From assembly GCA_002794035.1 (NCBI GenBank), contig PCXQ01000007.1:1785-65784 (forward strand): 64,000 nt of DNA. The letters are read 5' to 3'. Position 1 is the stretch's first letter; each line of letters opens with the position of its first letter. This DNA is from Candidatus Yanofskybacteria bacterium CG10_big_fil_rev_8_21_14_0_10_36_16 (lineage in GTDB: Bacteria > Patescibacteriota > Minisyncoccia > 2-02-FULL-40-12 > IGHO2-01-FULL-4-A). The notes beneath the pieces are model-generated. The model was not told the origin of the DNA. It saw only the letters and a list, made by a program, of their open reading frames with translations, and made no database searches. A program made the translations under genes and the position numbers. Below, in pieces: positions 9,775 to 19,519 of the stretch.

Positions 9775-11304
9775 TTATATTCCCTCACACCCTATAAATG
9801 CGCCATTATTATCACCCGCGGTCACGTGCACATGAGTGACCCCCCCGTTTGAACAACCAGGGCCAGACTCAAGAAGATTACCTGCACCATCAACACATCT
9901 AGGACATTCCACAAAACCTCCGGAACCCGTTTCGCAATTAGCAGCTTTGGCTCCACATTCAATTGCTGCTTTCTGTATAATAGCTCCAACGCCTGGATAT
10001 TTAAATTGATCATAATCATAATCAATAGCTAGAGCGCCTTGATCACCCGTTCTGCCCCCATAATGACATGAGTTTGGAGAATGAGCACATGGACCACACC
10101 AATTATATCCTCTAGTATAATTACATCGCCAATTTGATATTGATAGTTCATAAGTAGATATCGTACCAACATTTTTACCCCTTGTTTTGGTACCTATACA
10201 TGATTGCAAAGCATCTGTTGATGGTGCATCACCAAAAGGATATTTTTCTCCGCAAATTGAAGCAATTGCTACCCATCCTGGATTAGAAGATGACCATGTA
10301 GCACAAGCAGGGTCTATACCTGCACCAGTTGCACAATTAGGAATTGGCGTAGAAGTAACCGTTGGTTGAGGTGGTGGTGGAGGTGGTGCAGTAGCTGTTA
10401 CTGTCGGAGGTGGTGGAGGTGGCTGAGTTGGTACAGACGAAACTGTTACCAAACAAGCATCTGCATCAGATTCACCGCTACCCCCTTCGTCCGTAACTGT
10501 AAAATTAATAATGTAAATTCCTGGGGAAGAATATGATGTTTGGAAAGCAAAACAACTTGTACTAGATACATTGGAAGCGCCTTCTGCATGCCAGCTACAA
10601 CTCAAGGGGGCGATGCCGTTTGTAAATGCACCAAAATTGATAATTTGACCCACCAACGCTGTAACTGCTTCGCCAGCCCCAAACCCATTTGGTTCAACGC
10701 AATCTGCAAAAGCCTCGGCACTAATACAAAGACCACATCCATCATTTTCAGGAGCACCGCAATCTATTTCATTCATTGTGCAATTGCGATCAACATCAAC
10801 ACAACCTGCCGGAAATTCACAAGGGCCAGGACCTGGCAACTCACTAGGCAAACTAAGCGGTGGTGGTATAACAACAACATCGCCACCCTGACAGTCAATT
10901 TGATTCCATGCTCTAAAATCAACCCCGTTATCCCCGTTAGTTAAAGAAAGCAAAATAGTATTGGTAATCATCCATGCTCCATATATTATAAGCAGAGCTA
11001 TTAATGTATTTTTAAAAATATTCTTGCCCCTTTGGAACATGTCTGGCTTGGCTCCGCCCATAAGCATCATCAAGCCCCCAATAATTATGAATACGGCAGC
11101 CAATACGGGCACTATGTTATATGACAAAAAATTGATAATTCTTTGTATCATGACAAAGATATCACATATAGTACACGGGCTCTGTCCCTCATTTCCACAA
11201 GGAACAAAACCTCCTTGGGCATACACATCGTTTACAATAAAACCACTGACAAAGAGGATCAGGGTTATTATAAAAAAGAAGGTTTTAAATTGTTTTAGTG
11301 CCAA
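9775..11304 (-). CDS. pilin-like N-terminal domain fused to PKD-like domain, poly-Pro linker and C-terminal LAS/M15-like zinc peptidase domain
   Basis: N-terminus has the same signal peptide/helix/GG..K-loop/helix layout as the six small paralogs. A PKD-like block follows (GIYIINFTVTDEGGSGESDADACLVTV), then PPPPPPTVTATAPPPPPPQP. The Cys-rich C-terminal domain carries SCHYGGRTGD (SxHxxGxAxD-like) and THVHV (HxH) zinc-peptidase motifs. Confidence 0.55.
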   Translation of the reverse strand: MALKQFKTFFFIITLILFVSGFIVNDVYAQGGFVPCGNEGQSPCTICDIFVMIQRIINFLSYNIVPVLAAVFIIIGGLMMLMGGAKPDMFQRGKNIFKNTLIALLIIYGAWMITNTILLSLTNGDNGVDFRAWNQIDCQGGDVVVIPPPLSLPSELPGPGPCEFPAGCVDVDRNCTMNEIDCGAPENDGCGLCISAEAFADCVEPNGFGAGEAVTALVGQIINFGAFTNGIAPLSCSWHAEGASNVSSTSCFAFQTSYSSPGIYIINFTVTDEGGSGESDADACLVTVSSVPTQPPPPPPTVTATAPPPPPPQPTVTSTPIPNCATGAGIDPACATWSSSNPGWVAIASICGEKYPFGDAPSTDALQSCIGTKTRGKNVGTISTYELSISNWRCNYTRGYNWCGPCAHSPNSCHYGGRTGDQGALAIDYDYDQFKYPGVGAIIQKAAIECGAKAANCETGSGGFVECPRCVDGAGNLLESGPGCSNGGVTHVHVTAGDNNGAFIGCEGI

Positions 11305-11374
11305 TTTTTAAATTCTCGTTAAATTTTTAATGAATAAATTTTAAAACAAAACTCTATTAACGTTTGTTCAATTA

Positions 11375-11393
11375 TTAAAAATTGAAAATTATT
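11375..11393. repeat. AT-rich 19-mer TTAAAAATTGAAAATTATT (copy 2 of 2)
   Basis: Exact repeat of 9735-9753, located upstream of the first (largest) pilin-like gene on the minus strand. Confidence 0.5.
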
Positions 11394-11458
11394 TTAAAAT
11401 TATAAAATTAAAAAATTGAAAATTCTAAATTATTTAAATATTTAAACAATTAAATAAT

Positions 11459-12796
11459 TTAGTTCCTAGCTCTGCGCATTAACACGTTTACCTGCCTTTC
11501 TGCATTTTCAAGAGCATCTCTTACTGAGCGTCGGCCAAAGTTAACATCATCTATCATATCAGCAAAAATCTTTTCTATATCTGTGTTATCTACTTGATAC
11601 CAAGACCGAGCCGACAAAGACTGCTCAGCGAATATCCCTATGTCTGGTTTCCTTTTCTGTTGCTCTATTAAGTCACGGCGGGCAGCTGGACGCCCAGATG
11701 CATCGAGATAAGCAGCAGCACCCTCTGCAGAACTCATAAACAGAACAAACTTCCATGCCTCAATTGCATTACCTGATGATTTAGATACGGTGGGCGCCCA
11801 ATAGTTAGCATAGTTTACTTTTATCGGGGCATCTTTTATTTGAGGCATAGAAGCAATCCCAAAGTTAAACCTTGCTGCCTTATCTCTAATGGTAGCTATA
11901 TGATGAGAATAGTTAAACATCATTGCTGTATCACCCTCTATAAAGTCGTCTATGGAATAATTCTGACCATCATTCCAAGTGTAAACCTTCCTCTTTAGCG
12001 GATTGGCAAAGTCTGTGTAATACTGAAGCGCTAATTCTCCCACTTTTTCTCTATCAACAGCACTGGTAAAAGTGGCTGTAGTATTGGTGGAGTTTGTCAT
12101 TTGAACTCCACTTTGAAGCATCATGAGCATTAAAATGTCTGTTGAACGGTTAACATTCCTGGCCGTACCGATTGCTGCTCCAGATCTTACAATATTTCCA
12201 TCATTATCAACAACTGTCAGACGATTTACTGCATCGTTAAATTCTTCCCAAGTTTCAGGCGCCCTAGTCAAGCCAACGGAATTAAATAAGTCCTTGTTGT
12301 AATACAAGGCTAACGTATCAATATAAACAGGCAAGGCTGCAATCCTGCCGTCTATTGTTAGGTCATCTACCGCAACGTCAACAAATTGATTCTGGAAATC
12401 AGTGATAGTAAACAACGGCTCCCCGTCCTCTCCTTGGAGATTTTGAGGCAAGGCTACGATTTTGTCTCCATGCTTTGGCAACCAAGTATTGTGCATCATC
12501 CAAATATCAGGACCGGTTCCTGAAGCAAAAGCATCTATCAGTTTTTGTTCATATTCATCATAGCTAAACTGTTTATAAACTATTCGAATCTGCCTGTTTA
12601 CACTCTTGTATTTATCCAAAACAGCATTTATGACTTCCCGGTCATCAAAAACCCCCCAAAATTGTAACGTAGTCGTCTGAGTTGGAGCTCTGCTTTTTAT
12701 ATTGCCAAGTAGCAATATCATAATCAAAATTATTACAACAACTGCTGCAACAATAGCTATAAAAAACATTTTGTTTTGACCTAGAGAAAACTTCAT
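11459..12796 (-). CDS. extracellular solute-binding protein (ABC transporter SBP family 1, sugar-type)
   Basis: N-terminal TM/signal anchor followed by MalE-like periplasmic binding-protein composition. No cognate permease or ATPase is adjacent. Confidence 0.6.
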   Translation of the reverse strand: MKFSLGQNKMFFIAIVAAVVVIILIMILLLGNIKSRAPTQTTTLQFWGVFDDREVINAVLDKYKSVNRQIRIVYKQFSYDEYEQKLIDAFASGTGPDIWMMHNTWLPKHGDKIVALPQNLQGEDGEPLFTITDFQNQFVDVAVDDLTIDGRIAALPVYIDTLALYYNKDLFNSVGLTRAPETWEEFNDAVNRLTVVDNDGNIVRSGAAIGTARNVNRSTDILMLMMLQSGVQMTNSTNTTATFTSAVDREKVGELALQYYTDFANPLKRKVYTWNDGQNYSIDDFIEGDTAMMFNYSHHIATIRDKAARFNFGIASMPQIKDAPIKVNYANYWAPTVSKSSGNAIEAWKFVLFMSSAEGAAAYLDASGRPAARRDLIEQQKRKPDIGIFAEQSLSARSWYQVDNTDIEKIFADMIDDVNFGRRSVRDALENAERQVNVLMRRARN

Positions 12797-12811
12797 ATTT
12801 TTATTTTAATA

Positions 12812-13411
12812 CTATTTCTTATGAAAAACGAATCCATAATGAAAACTGCCTACATTTATTTCTCTTTCTACTTCAAATCCAATACCAGAAATAAGCTTGC
12901 TCATTTCTTCCTTGCTAGTTCGTTCTTCATCAGGAGGACCAAATCCATTAACGCCCTTTTCCCAATCCATAAAAACCAACTTGCCTCCTGGTTTTAATAT
13001 TCTTTTTGCTTCTGAAATTATATTTTCCTTTTTGCTTGATTGAAACAAAACATTAACAATTAAAACCATGTCTTGGGAATTGTCTTCTAAACCAGAACTT
13101 CCCGGAATTTCAAGGTTGGCTCTTACCAATTCTATATTAGAAAGACCTTTTTCCTCAGCTTTAGCCTTTAAATGTTCTAGAACATCACTTAAAACATCGA
13201 TAGCGACCACCTTGCCTGTGTCGCCAACCTTTTTGGCAGCCAAGATAGTAAAGTAGCCTGAACCGGACCCAAAATCAGCAATCCTTATACTCTCTTCGAT
13301 ACCAAATTCTTCCACGACTATATCCGGATTTAAAAACCCTCCAGAACCGGGAGTAGGCATATTAGAAATATTATTTAACTTAGGAGCTATATCAACCATA
13401 ACTTGAACCAA
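12812..13411 (-). CDS. class I SAM-dependent methyltransferase
   Basis: IADFGSGSGYFT is the GxGxG SAM-binding motif I, with acidic motif II downstream. Confidence 0.75.
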   Translation of the reverse strand: MVQVMVDIAPKLNNISNMPTPGSGGFLNPDIVVEEFGIEESIRIADFGSGSGYFTILAAKKVGDTGKVVAIDVLSDVLEHLKAKAEEKGLSNIELVRANLEIPGSSGLEDNSQDMVLIVNVLFQSSKKENIISEAKRILKPGGKLVFMDWEKGVNGFGPPDEERTSKEEMSKLISGIGFEVEREINVGSFHYGFVFHKK

Positions 13412-13494
13412 AAATAAATTTTAAAAATTTAGATTCTTTATTAATAATTATAACATTTAAATACTTGAGATAAACCAACAATTGTTCACAACCA

Positions 13495-13530
13495 AAAACC
13501 CCGCCCTTGCTAGCAAGGGCGGGGTTAATT
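13495..13530. terminator. rho-independent terminator (bidirectional)
   Basis: aaaaaCCCCGCCCTTGCtaGCAAGGGCGGGGtt perfect hairpin. Confidence 0.65.
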
Positions 13531-13558
13531 TAAATATTATTTATTAATTATAATTTTC

Positions 13559-15997
13559 CTAAACTATTACGGCAGATGCAATCTTATCTCCCTGTCCCAA
13601 TTTCATTATTCTAACTCCCTGTGTTGCCCTACCCAACAAAGGAATGCTTGAAATTTCAGTTTTAATAACATTGCCTTTTCCTGAAATTGCAATTAAATCA
13701 TTGTCTTCTTCTGTTATGACATTTGCAAATACAATTTCACCTGTCTTTGCAGTAACCTTAGCAGTTGTAATACCTCTACCCCCTCTTTTTTGAACCTTAT
13801 AAGAAGAGAGGTGTGTCATTTTTCCATAACCATTAGCCATGGCAATAAAAAGTTTAAGACCTTTTGAAGAACCATCGGACACAATACTAGCACCAACAAC
13901 CTTTGCATTGTTTTCATTTAATCTTATCCCCAAAACACCAGCAGCACTTCTTCCCATAGGTCTTACGTCTTTTTCTTTAAATCTTATAGAGCTTCCGTTT
14001 GAAGCGGCAACCAGAATTTCATCAGAACCTGAGGTTGCAAGAACCCAACCAAGCTCATCATCTTTGTTTAATCGTATAGCAATCATTCCGCTTCGTCTTA
14101 CATTGGCAAATTCTTCTGCATCAACTTTTTTAACAATCCCCTTTGATGTAACCATAAACAAATATGTTTTTTTACTGTCTTTTGGCACAGGTATAACAGC
14201 TGTTACAATACTGTCTTGAGCAATCTGTAAAAAGTTAGCCAAAGATTTGCCTTTTGACTGTCGTGACGACTCCGGTACTTCGTAGCCTTTGGTCTGAAAA
14301 ACCTTGCCCGTGTTAGTAAAAAACATTAAATCATCATGAGTATTGGCAAGGAAAAAATGCCTAACCACGTCTTCTTCTTTTGTAGAAATACCGACAAGAC
14401 CCTTACCGCCCCTCTTTTGAGCCTTCAGAATGGTCGGGGTCATACGCTTGATATATCCGCCTTGAGTAATCACAAAAAGAGAATCTTCCTCAGGCACAAG
14501 CTCTTCTTCTCCTATTTCTCTAACTGCTGATTTAACAATCTTGGTTTTTCTTTCGTCTCCATATTTTTCTTTTATTTCGTTAAATTCTTCCTTTACGACT
14601 CCCAAAAGTTTTTTAGGACTAGCCAAAAGTGATTTCAAATAATCTATTAATTTTCTCTTCTCCTCTAATTCATCATCAATCTTTTTTCTTTCGAGTCCTG
14701 CCAAGCTCTGTAAACGCATGTCCAAAATTGCATTAGTCTGACGGTCTGAAAACTTAAATCTTTTAATCAAGTTAAAAAAAGCGTCTTCTCTAGAGGCTGA
14801 TTTTTTTATTATTTTTATTATTTCATCTATATGATCAAGTGCTTTTTTTAAACCTTCTAAGATATGCGCGCGTTCTTCAGCCTTTCTTAAATCATGTTTT
14901 GTTCTTCTCGCAACAACCTCTTTTCTGTGTTCAAGAAATTTTTCAAGAAATAATTTGAGGCCAAAAACTTGAGGCTGGATACCGTCGATTAAACCAAGCA
15001 TGTTTATATGAAATGCTTTTTGCATCTCTGTATATTTATAAAGCTGGTTTAAAATTTTCTTTGGGAAAGAATCATTTTTTAAATCAATAGCAATCCTCAA
15101 TCCATCCTTATCAGATTCATCCCTTATATCCTTTATGCCTTCAACTTTTTTATCTTTAACCAAAGTTGCTATTTTTGATATTAATTCAGCTTTATTGGTT
15201 TGATATGGTATTTCGGTAACTATTATTTGGAAACCTCCTTTTTTAGTTTCTATAATTTCTGCTTTAGCCCTTATAACCACAGAGCCCTTGCCTGTAGCAT
15301 AAGCAGAGTCAATATCATTTTGACCATAAAGAGTGCCACCTGTTGGGAAATCCGGCCCTTTAACATATTGCGACAGTTCTGTAACATCCGTATCTGGATT
15401 ATCTGCAAGATGAATCAACCCGTCGATTATTTCATTCAAATTATGCGGAGGTATGTTAGTTGCCATACCCACAGCAATACCCATAGAGCCATTAATTAAT
15501 AGATTAGGAATTCGCGTTGGTAAAACTGTCGGCTCTTTCTTTGTGCCGTCATAATTATCTACAAAACTAACAGTATCTTTTTCAATATCTGAAAGCATCA
15601 TTTCTGCTATTGGAGCCATCTTTGCTTCTGTATAACGCATAGCTGCGGGAGGATCTCCGTCAACCGAACCAAAATTACCCTGACCTTTTACCAGGGGATA
15701 TCTCATTGAAAAATCTTGAGCCATGCGAACCATTGAGTCATAAGCTGCCGCATCTCCATGCGGATGATATTTACCCAAAACCTCACCGACAACTGTTGCT
15801 GATTTTCGAAACTTGGCTGAGGATGTTAAACCCATATCCCGCATTGCATAAAGTATCCGGCGATGTACCGGTTTTAGTCCGTCTCGTATATCAGGCAAGG
15901 CTCTACCAACGATTACGCTCATGGCATAATCAAGGTAAGATTCTCGCATCTCGTCTGTTATGGTACGAGAAGATATTCTTGTGTCTTCTACGGCCAC
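13559..15997 (-). CDS. gyrA: DNA gyrase subunit A
   Basis: [30 protein letters not shown] catalytic N-terminal signature. GyrA-box QKRGGKG in the C-terminal beta-pinwheel. GTG start. Confidence 0.95.
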   Translation of the reverse strand: MAVEDTRISSRTITDEMRESYLDYAMSVIVGRALPDIRDGLKPVHRRILYAMRDMGLTSSAKFRKSATVVGEVLGKYHPHGDAAAYDSMVRMAQDFSMRYPLVKGQGNFGSVDGDPPAAMRYTEAKMAPIAEMMLSDIEKDTVSFVDNYDGTKKEPTVLPTRIPNLLINGSMGIAVGMATNIPPHNLNEIIDGLIHLADNPDTDVTELSQYVKGPDFPTGGTLYGQNDIDSAYATGKGSVVIRAKAEIIETKKGGFQIIVTEIPYQTNKAELISKIATLVKDKKVEGIKDIRDESDKDGLRIAIDLKNDSFPKKILNQLYKYTEMQKAFHINMLGLIDGIQPQVFGLKLFLEKFLEHRKEVVARRTKHDLRKAEERAHILEGLKKALDHIDEIIKIIKKSASREDAFFNLIKRFKFSDRQTNAILDMRLQSLAGLERKKIDDELEEKRKLIDYLKSLLASPKKLLGVVKEEFNEIKEKYGDERKTKIVKSAVREIGEEELVPEEDSLFVITQGGYIKRMTPTILKAQKRGGKGLVGISTKEEDVVRHFFLANTHDDLMFFTNTGKVFQTKGYEVPESSRQSKGKSLANFLQIAQDSIVTAVIPVPKDSKKTYLFMVTSKGIVKKVDAEEFANVRRSGMIAIRLNKDDELGWVLATSGSDEILVAASNGSSIRFKEKDVRPMGRSAAGVLGIRLNENNAKVVGASIVSDGSSKGLKLFIAMANGYGKMTHLSSYKVQKRGGRGITTAKVTAKTGEIVFANVITEEDNDLIAISGKGNVIKTEISSIPLLGRATQGVRIMKLGQGDKIASAVIV

Positions 15998-16280
15998 AAG
16001 AAAATATTAAACATCAGTTACCAAATATCAAAAACCAGGTGTCCCGCCAAAGCGGGACAAGAATTATTATTTTGATATCTAATAATTTTGATATTTAATT
16101 TTTAATATTAGTTTAATTCTAGCAAATATAGCATGCTTTGCCAAGTTGCCATAAATCATAAAATTAAGTTAATAACCGGTAAAATTAAATCCCCATATCA
16201 GCTTTAAAAGACCGCCAAAAAAAATAAAAAGCCCGACCGAAAAATAATCGAGCCAACTCAAAATCAAAATAGTTTTATTA

Positions 16281-16625
16281 TTATTCTACCAAGGGCAATC
16301 TCTGTGGCCCTACATCTGGCTGTCCACTATCGCCCTGTTGTGGTAAATCTTCTTTAACACCAACTAATTCAAGTATTGTATCTTTGAAACCTGATACAGA
16401 ACCCCCAATTGCCGCAAACAGTGAAGGCTGGTTTTCTTTTTCCTGTTCCGCAAGAATTCGTTGTTGCTCAACCTCTTCAGGATGTAGCATTGCATACATA
16501 TCGTCCTGAGCTGACTTAAACCATGTAAAAATCACGAGAGACGAAACCACAAAAACCGAAATCCACATAAAAATTTCTCTTATGTGTTCGGGTTGTTTTC
16601 TAATTTCTTGTAATATGTTGGGCAT
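16281..16625 (-). CDS. hypothetical small membrane-anchored protein
   Basis: ORF with one predicted TM helix and a Q/E-rich C-terminus. No recognisable motif. Confidence 0.4.
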   Translation of the reverse strand: MPNILQEIRKQPEHIREIFMWISVFVVSSLVIFTWFKSAQDDMYAMLHPEEVEQQRILAEQEKENQPSLFAAIGGSVSGFKDTILELVGVKEDLPQQGDSGQPDVGPQRLPLVE

Positions 16626-16659
16626 CTTTTATACGATCCTAATATTGTTAGGATCGCGA

Positions 16660-17301
16660 TTATGTTATAAACATAACTAATTTAGTTTCATCTATAGGCA
16701 AACCTTTTTCATTAATACGCCAACTTGTACCAACCTTTTCTGGCTTAATACCAATTTCTTTAATAAACTTATCAGGTCCCTCTATATCTAATTTTAAATC
16801 TTTTGTCTTATAATGCATAGGCACAATCATCTTGGGGCTAATTTGGTTTATTATTTTTAAAGCTTTTTGAGCGTCTATCGTACATTTTCCTCCCACAGGA
16901 ATAAACAAAACATCAATATCGCCTATACTCTCTATTTGTTCGTGGCTTAATTCTTTTTCTCCAAAATCACCTAAATGACAAAACTTAATTCCCTCAAATC
17001 TAATCACATAAATAGTGTTAAGTCCCCTGTCTTTGCCCTCATTTTCATCATGATAAGAAACAATCCCCTCTATTTGAACACCGCCTTTTTCATATTCACC
17101 CGGACCGCTTACCAAAAAAGCGTCATCGGACTTCCCCTCTAAATTGTGGTGATCATCGTGATTGTGTGTTGTTAGCAGAATATTGTCTTTGCCCAATCGT
17201 GGCGCTCTAAGACCAATTTCTTTGGAAAAAGGGTCTATCATAATACTCATATTTTTACCTTCCAAACGAAAACACGAATAACCGTAGTAATTAATATTCA
17301 T
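16660..17301 (-). CDS. MBL-fold metallo-hydrolase
   Basis: TTHNHDDHHNLEG is the HxHxDH metal-binding motif. Start trimmed to the internal Met (MNINYYGYSCF) to avoid overlap with rpsA. Confidence 0.7.
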   Translation of the reverse strand: MNINYYGYSCFRLEGKNMSIMIDPFSKEIGLRAPRLGKDNILLTTHNHDDHHNLEGKSDDAFLVSGPGEYEKGGVQIEGIVSYHDENEGKDRGLNTIYVIRFEGIKFCHLGDFGEKELSHEQIESIGDIDVLFIPVGGKCTIDAQKALKIINQISPKMIVPMHYKTKDLKLDIEGPDKFIKEIGIKPEKVGTSWRINEKGLPIDETKLVMFIT

Positions 17302-17441
17302 GCTCAAATTATACCAAACAACAACCAGTAATTCAATTGCTTTATTTTTTATAATGTTTTTAAATTTTGTAAATTCAAAACTAGAACAAACAGCAAAAAT
17401 AACCCTTGCCTCGTTTGGCAACTTATGATATCTTTACCACC

Positions 17442-18689
17442 ATGAATACAACAACAATACAACACAGCAGTGTTTCAATGAAAGACCTGCTAACTCAGGC
17501 AAATTTTGATTTACCAAAAGAAGGAGATGTTGTTAAGGGAGAAATTATTAGTGTAAGCAAAAACAACATTTTTATAGACTTGGGTGCTTTTGGTACCGGA
17601 ATAGTTTACCCGGGTGAATTTTATGATAATCTAAATATGCAAAAAACCTTAATCCCAGGTCAAAAAATATCTGCAATTCTTATTGATATAGAAACTGAAG
17701 ACGGGTTTAGAGAATTATCACTTAAACAAGCTCAAAAAACCACAGCTTGGCACGACATTAAAAAATTAAAGGACGACGGCACTGTCATAACAACTCCAAT
17801 AATAAACATAAACAAAGGAGGGGCAATTGTTGAAATCGGAGGAATTCAAGGATTTTTGCCTTTATCTCAATTAAGTTCTGAAAATTATCCAAAAGTAGAG
17901 GGAGGTGACACCACAAAAATAGTCCAGCATCTTCAAAAATTAAAAAATAAAAACGTTAAAATAAAAATATTAGATTTTAACGAAGAAGAAACCAAACTTA
18001 TTGTTTCTGAAAAAGCTGTAGGAGATGAAGAAACAAAAAAAGAGATAGAGAAATTTGAAATTGGTGATGTAGTTGAAGGAATAATAACAGGCGTAACGGA
18101 TTTTGGTGCATTTGTATCCTTAACCCCAAACACACCCGATAAAGAAACGGGGGGCGACAAACCAGAAGATATTAATAAAACAGGAGATTCAGAACAAGAA
18201 GAGCCAGAGGAAGATGGCAACATGCCAGAAGTCACTTCAGTTGAAGGCCTGATTCACATTTCTGAAATTGACTGGAAGTTAATAAGCGACCCGCGTGACT
18301 TTCTTAAAAAAGGACAAAGAGTTAAGGCAAAAATAATAAGTATAGATGGAACAAAGATATCCCTGTCTCTAAAAGCTCTTAAACAAGACCCGTGGCAAGG
18401 CATAGACAAAAAGTATCCTGTTGGCACATCATTAAAAGCAACAATAACAAAAGTTAACAATTACGGAGCGCTGGCTGCGCTTGATGAAGAAATAACCGGC
18501 TTGATACCTTCTTCGGAATTTGTGGGTAAAAAACCTGCTGATTCAGCTGAAGCGGGAAATGAGATTGATGTTACTGTAGTATCAGTAGATCCAGAAGAAC
18601 ACAAACTCATATTAACACTTTCCCAACATGATAAATCTAAAGACGTAGAACCTGAAACCAGTGATAACCCAAACAACGAAGAAGACTAA
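17442..18689 (+). CDS. rpsA: 30S ribosomal protein S1-like (four S1 domains)
   Basis: Repeated S1-domain blocks (GDVVKGEIISV..., GAIVEIGGIQGFLP..., GDVVEGIITGVTDFGAFV..., GTSLKATITKVNNYGALAAL) and an acidic C-terminus. ATG at 17442 is preferred over the upstream TTG. Confidence 0.8.
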   Translation: MNTTTIQHSSVSMKDLLTQANFDLPKEGDVVKGEIISVSKNNIFIDLGAFGTGIVYPGEFYDNLNMQKTLIPGQKISAILIDIETEDGFRELSLKQAQKTTAWHDIKKLKDDGTVITTPIININKGGAIVEIGGIQGFLPLSQLSSENYPKVEGGDTTKIVQHLQKLKNKNVKIKILDFNEEETKLIVSEKAVGDEETKKEIEKFEIGDVVEGIITGVTDFGAFVSLTPNTPDKETGGDKPEDINKTGDSEQEEPEEDGNMPEVTSVEGLIHISEIDWKLISDPRDFLKKGQRVKAKIISIDGTKISLSLKALKQDPWQGIDKKYPVGTSLKATITKVNNYGALAALDEEITGLIPSSEFVGKKPADSAEAGNEIDVTVVSVDPEEHKLILTLSQHDKSKDVEPETSDNPNNEED

Positions 18690-18847
18690 AGAAACCAAAA
18701 ATACAAACAACACAAAAACATTTAAAAACACCCCCCAACTAAGAGGTGTTTTTAGTTTGACATAATTCATATTTTTGTGTTAGTATATAAATAGCGTTAA
18801 ATGCCCTTTAAAAATTTTATTTTAGTCAACTGACACCGAGGACGAAA

Positions 18848-19519
18848 ATGAGAAGAAAGAAATCAAAGCGAAATGTGGCAGGCAATAGACCATGGGAAAC
18901 TCCCCCGGAAGACATGAAGCATTTTGCAATAACTGCTGATATGTTCCCTCCGGGACAAGAGTATCTAGCTCATGATCTAGCTCGGGAGCATAGAATGTTC
19001 GAAGAATCGGGATGTTTAAAGGATTTAGAAGAACACTCCGACCAAACTGTGGTCGCCATCGGCCTTTTTGATGAAAAATTTATATTAGTTGATGACCAAA
19101 ACAAATCTGGCTTAGGATTTCCCGGAGGTTCTGTTACCCCTGGAGAGATGCCGGTCAAAACCCTGATTAGAGAGATCGGCGAAGAAGTAGATCTCTCAGC
19201 CGAAGTTTTTGAAAGTTATTATGTTGAATTTCCAGTTGGAGAAACCCAAGAAGATCCTCATATTTTTTCGGCCTATTGGGTTAGCTTTATTGGCAATAAG
19301 CCAAATATAAAAAAATTCGACAAAGAGGAGCCTATTACAGCCATTTATCTCGTGTCTTATGATACAATTCTCAGACTATGCCAAACAAATGGCATTTTAA
19401 TTCATGAAGGCAAAAGAACTAAGCCCATTCTAAGAAACCACAGAATAGCGTTTCTCCAAATGGTTGAGCTTTTAAATTCAAGATCAGAAAATTCTGAAAA
19501 GGAGGCTTCTTATGTATAA
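18848..19519 (+). CDS. NUDIX hydrolase
   Basis: Nudix box GGSVTPGEMPVKTLIREIGEEVDL (Gx5Ex7REUxEExGU with the last G replaced by D). Confidence 0.7.
   Translation: MRRKKSKRNVAGNRPWETPPEDMKHFAITADMFPPGQEYLAHDLAREHRMFEESGCLKDLEEHSDQTVVAIGLFDEKFILVDDQNKSGLGFPGGSVTPGEMPVKTLIREIGEEVDLSAEVFESYYVEFPVGETQEDPHIFSAYWVSFIGNKPNIKKFDKEEPITAIYLVSYDTILRLCQTNGILIHEGKRTKPILRNHRIAFLQMVELLNSRSENSEKEASYV

Noticed and set aside
13839-15499. Several 60-130 aa ORFs on the plus strand inside gyrA
   Set aside because: Antisense to a strongly supported, highly conserved gene; shadow ORFs.
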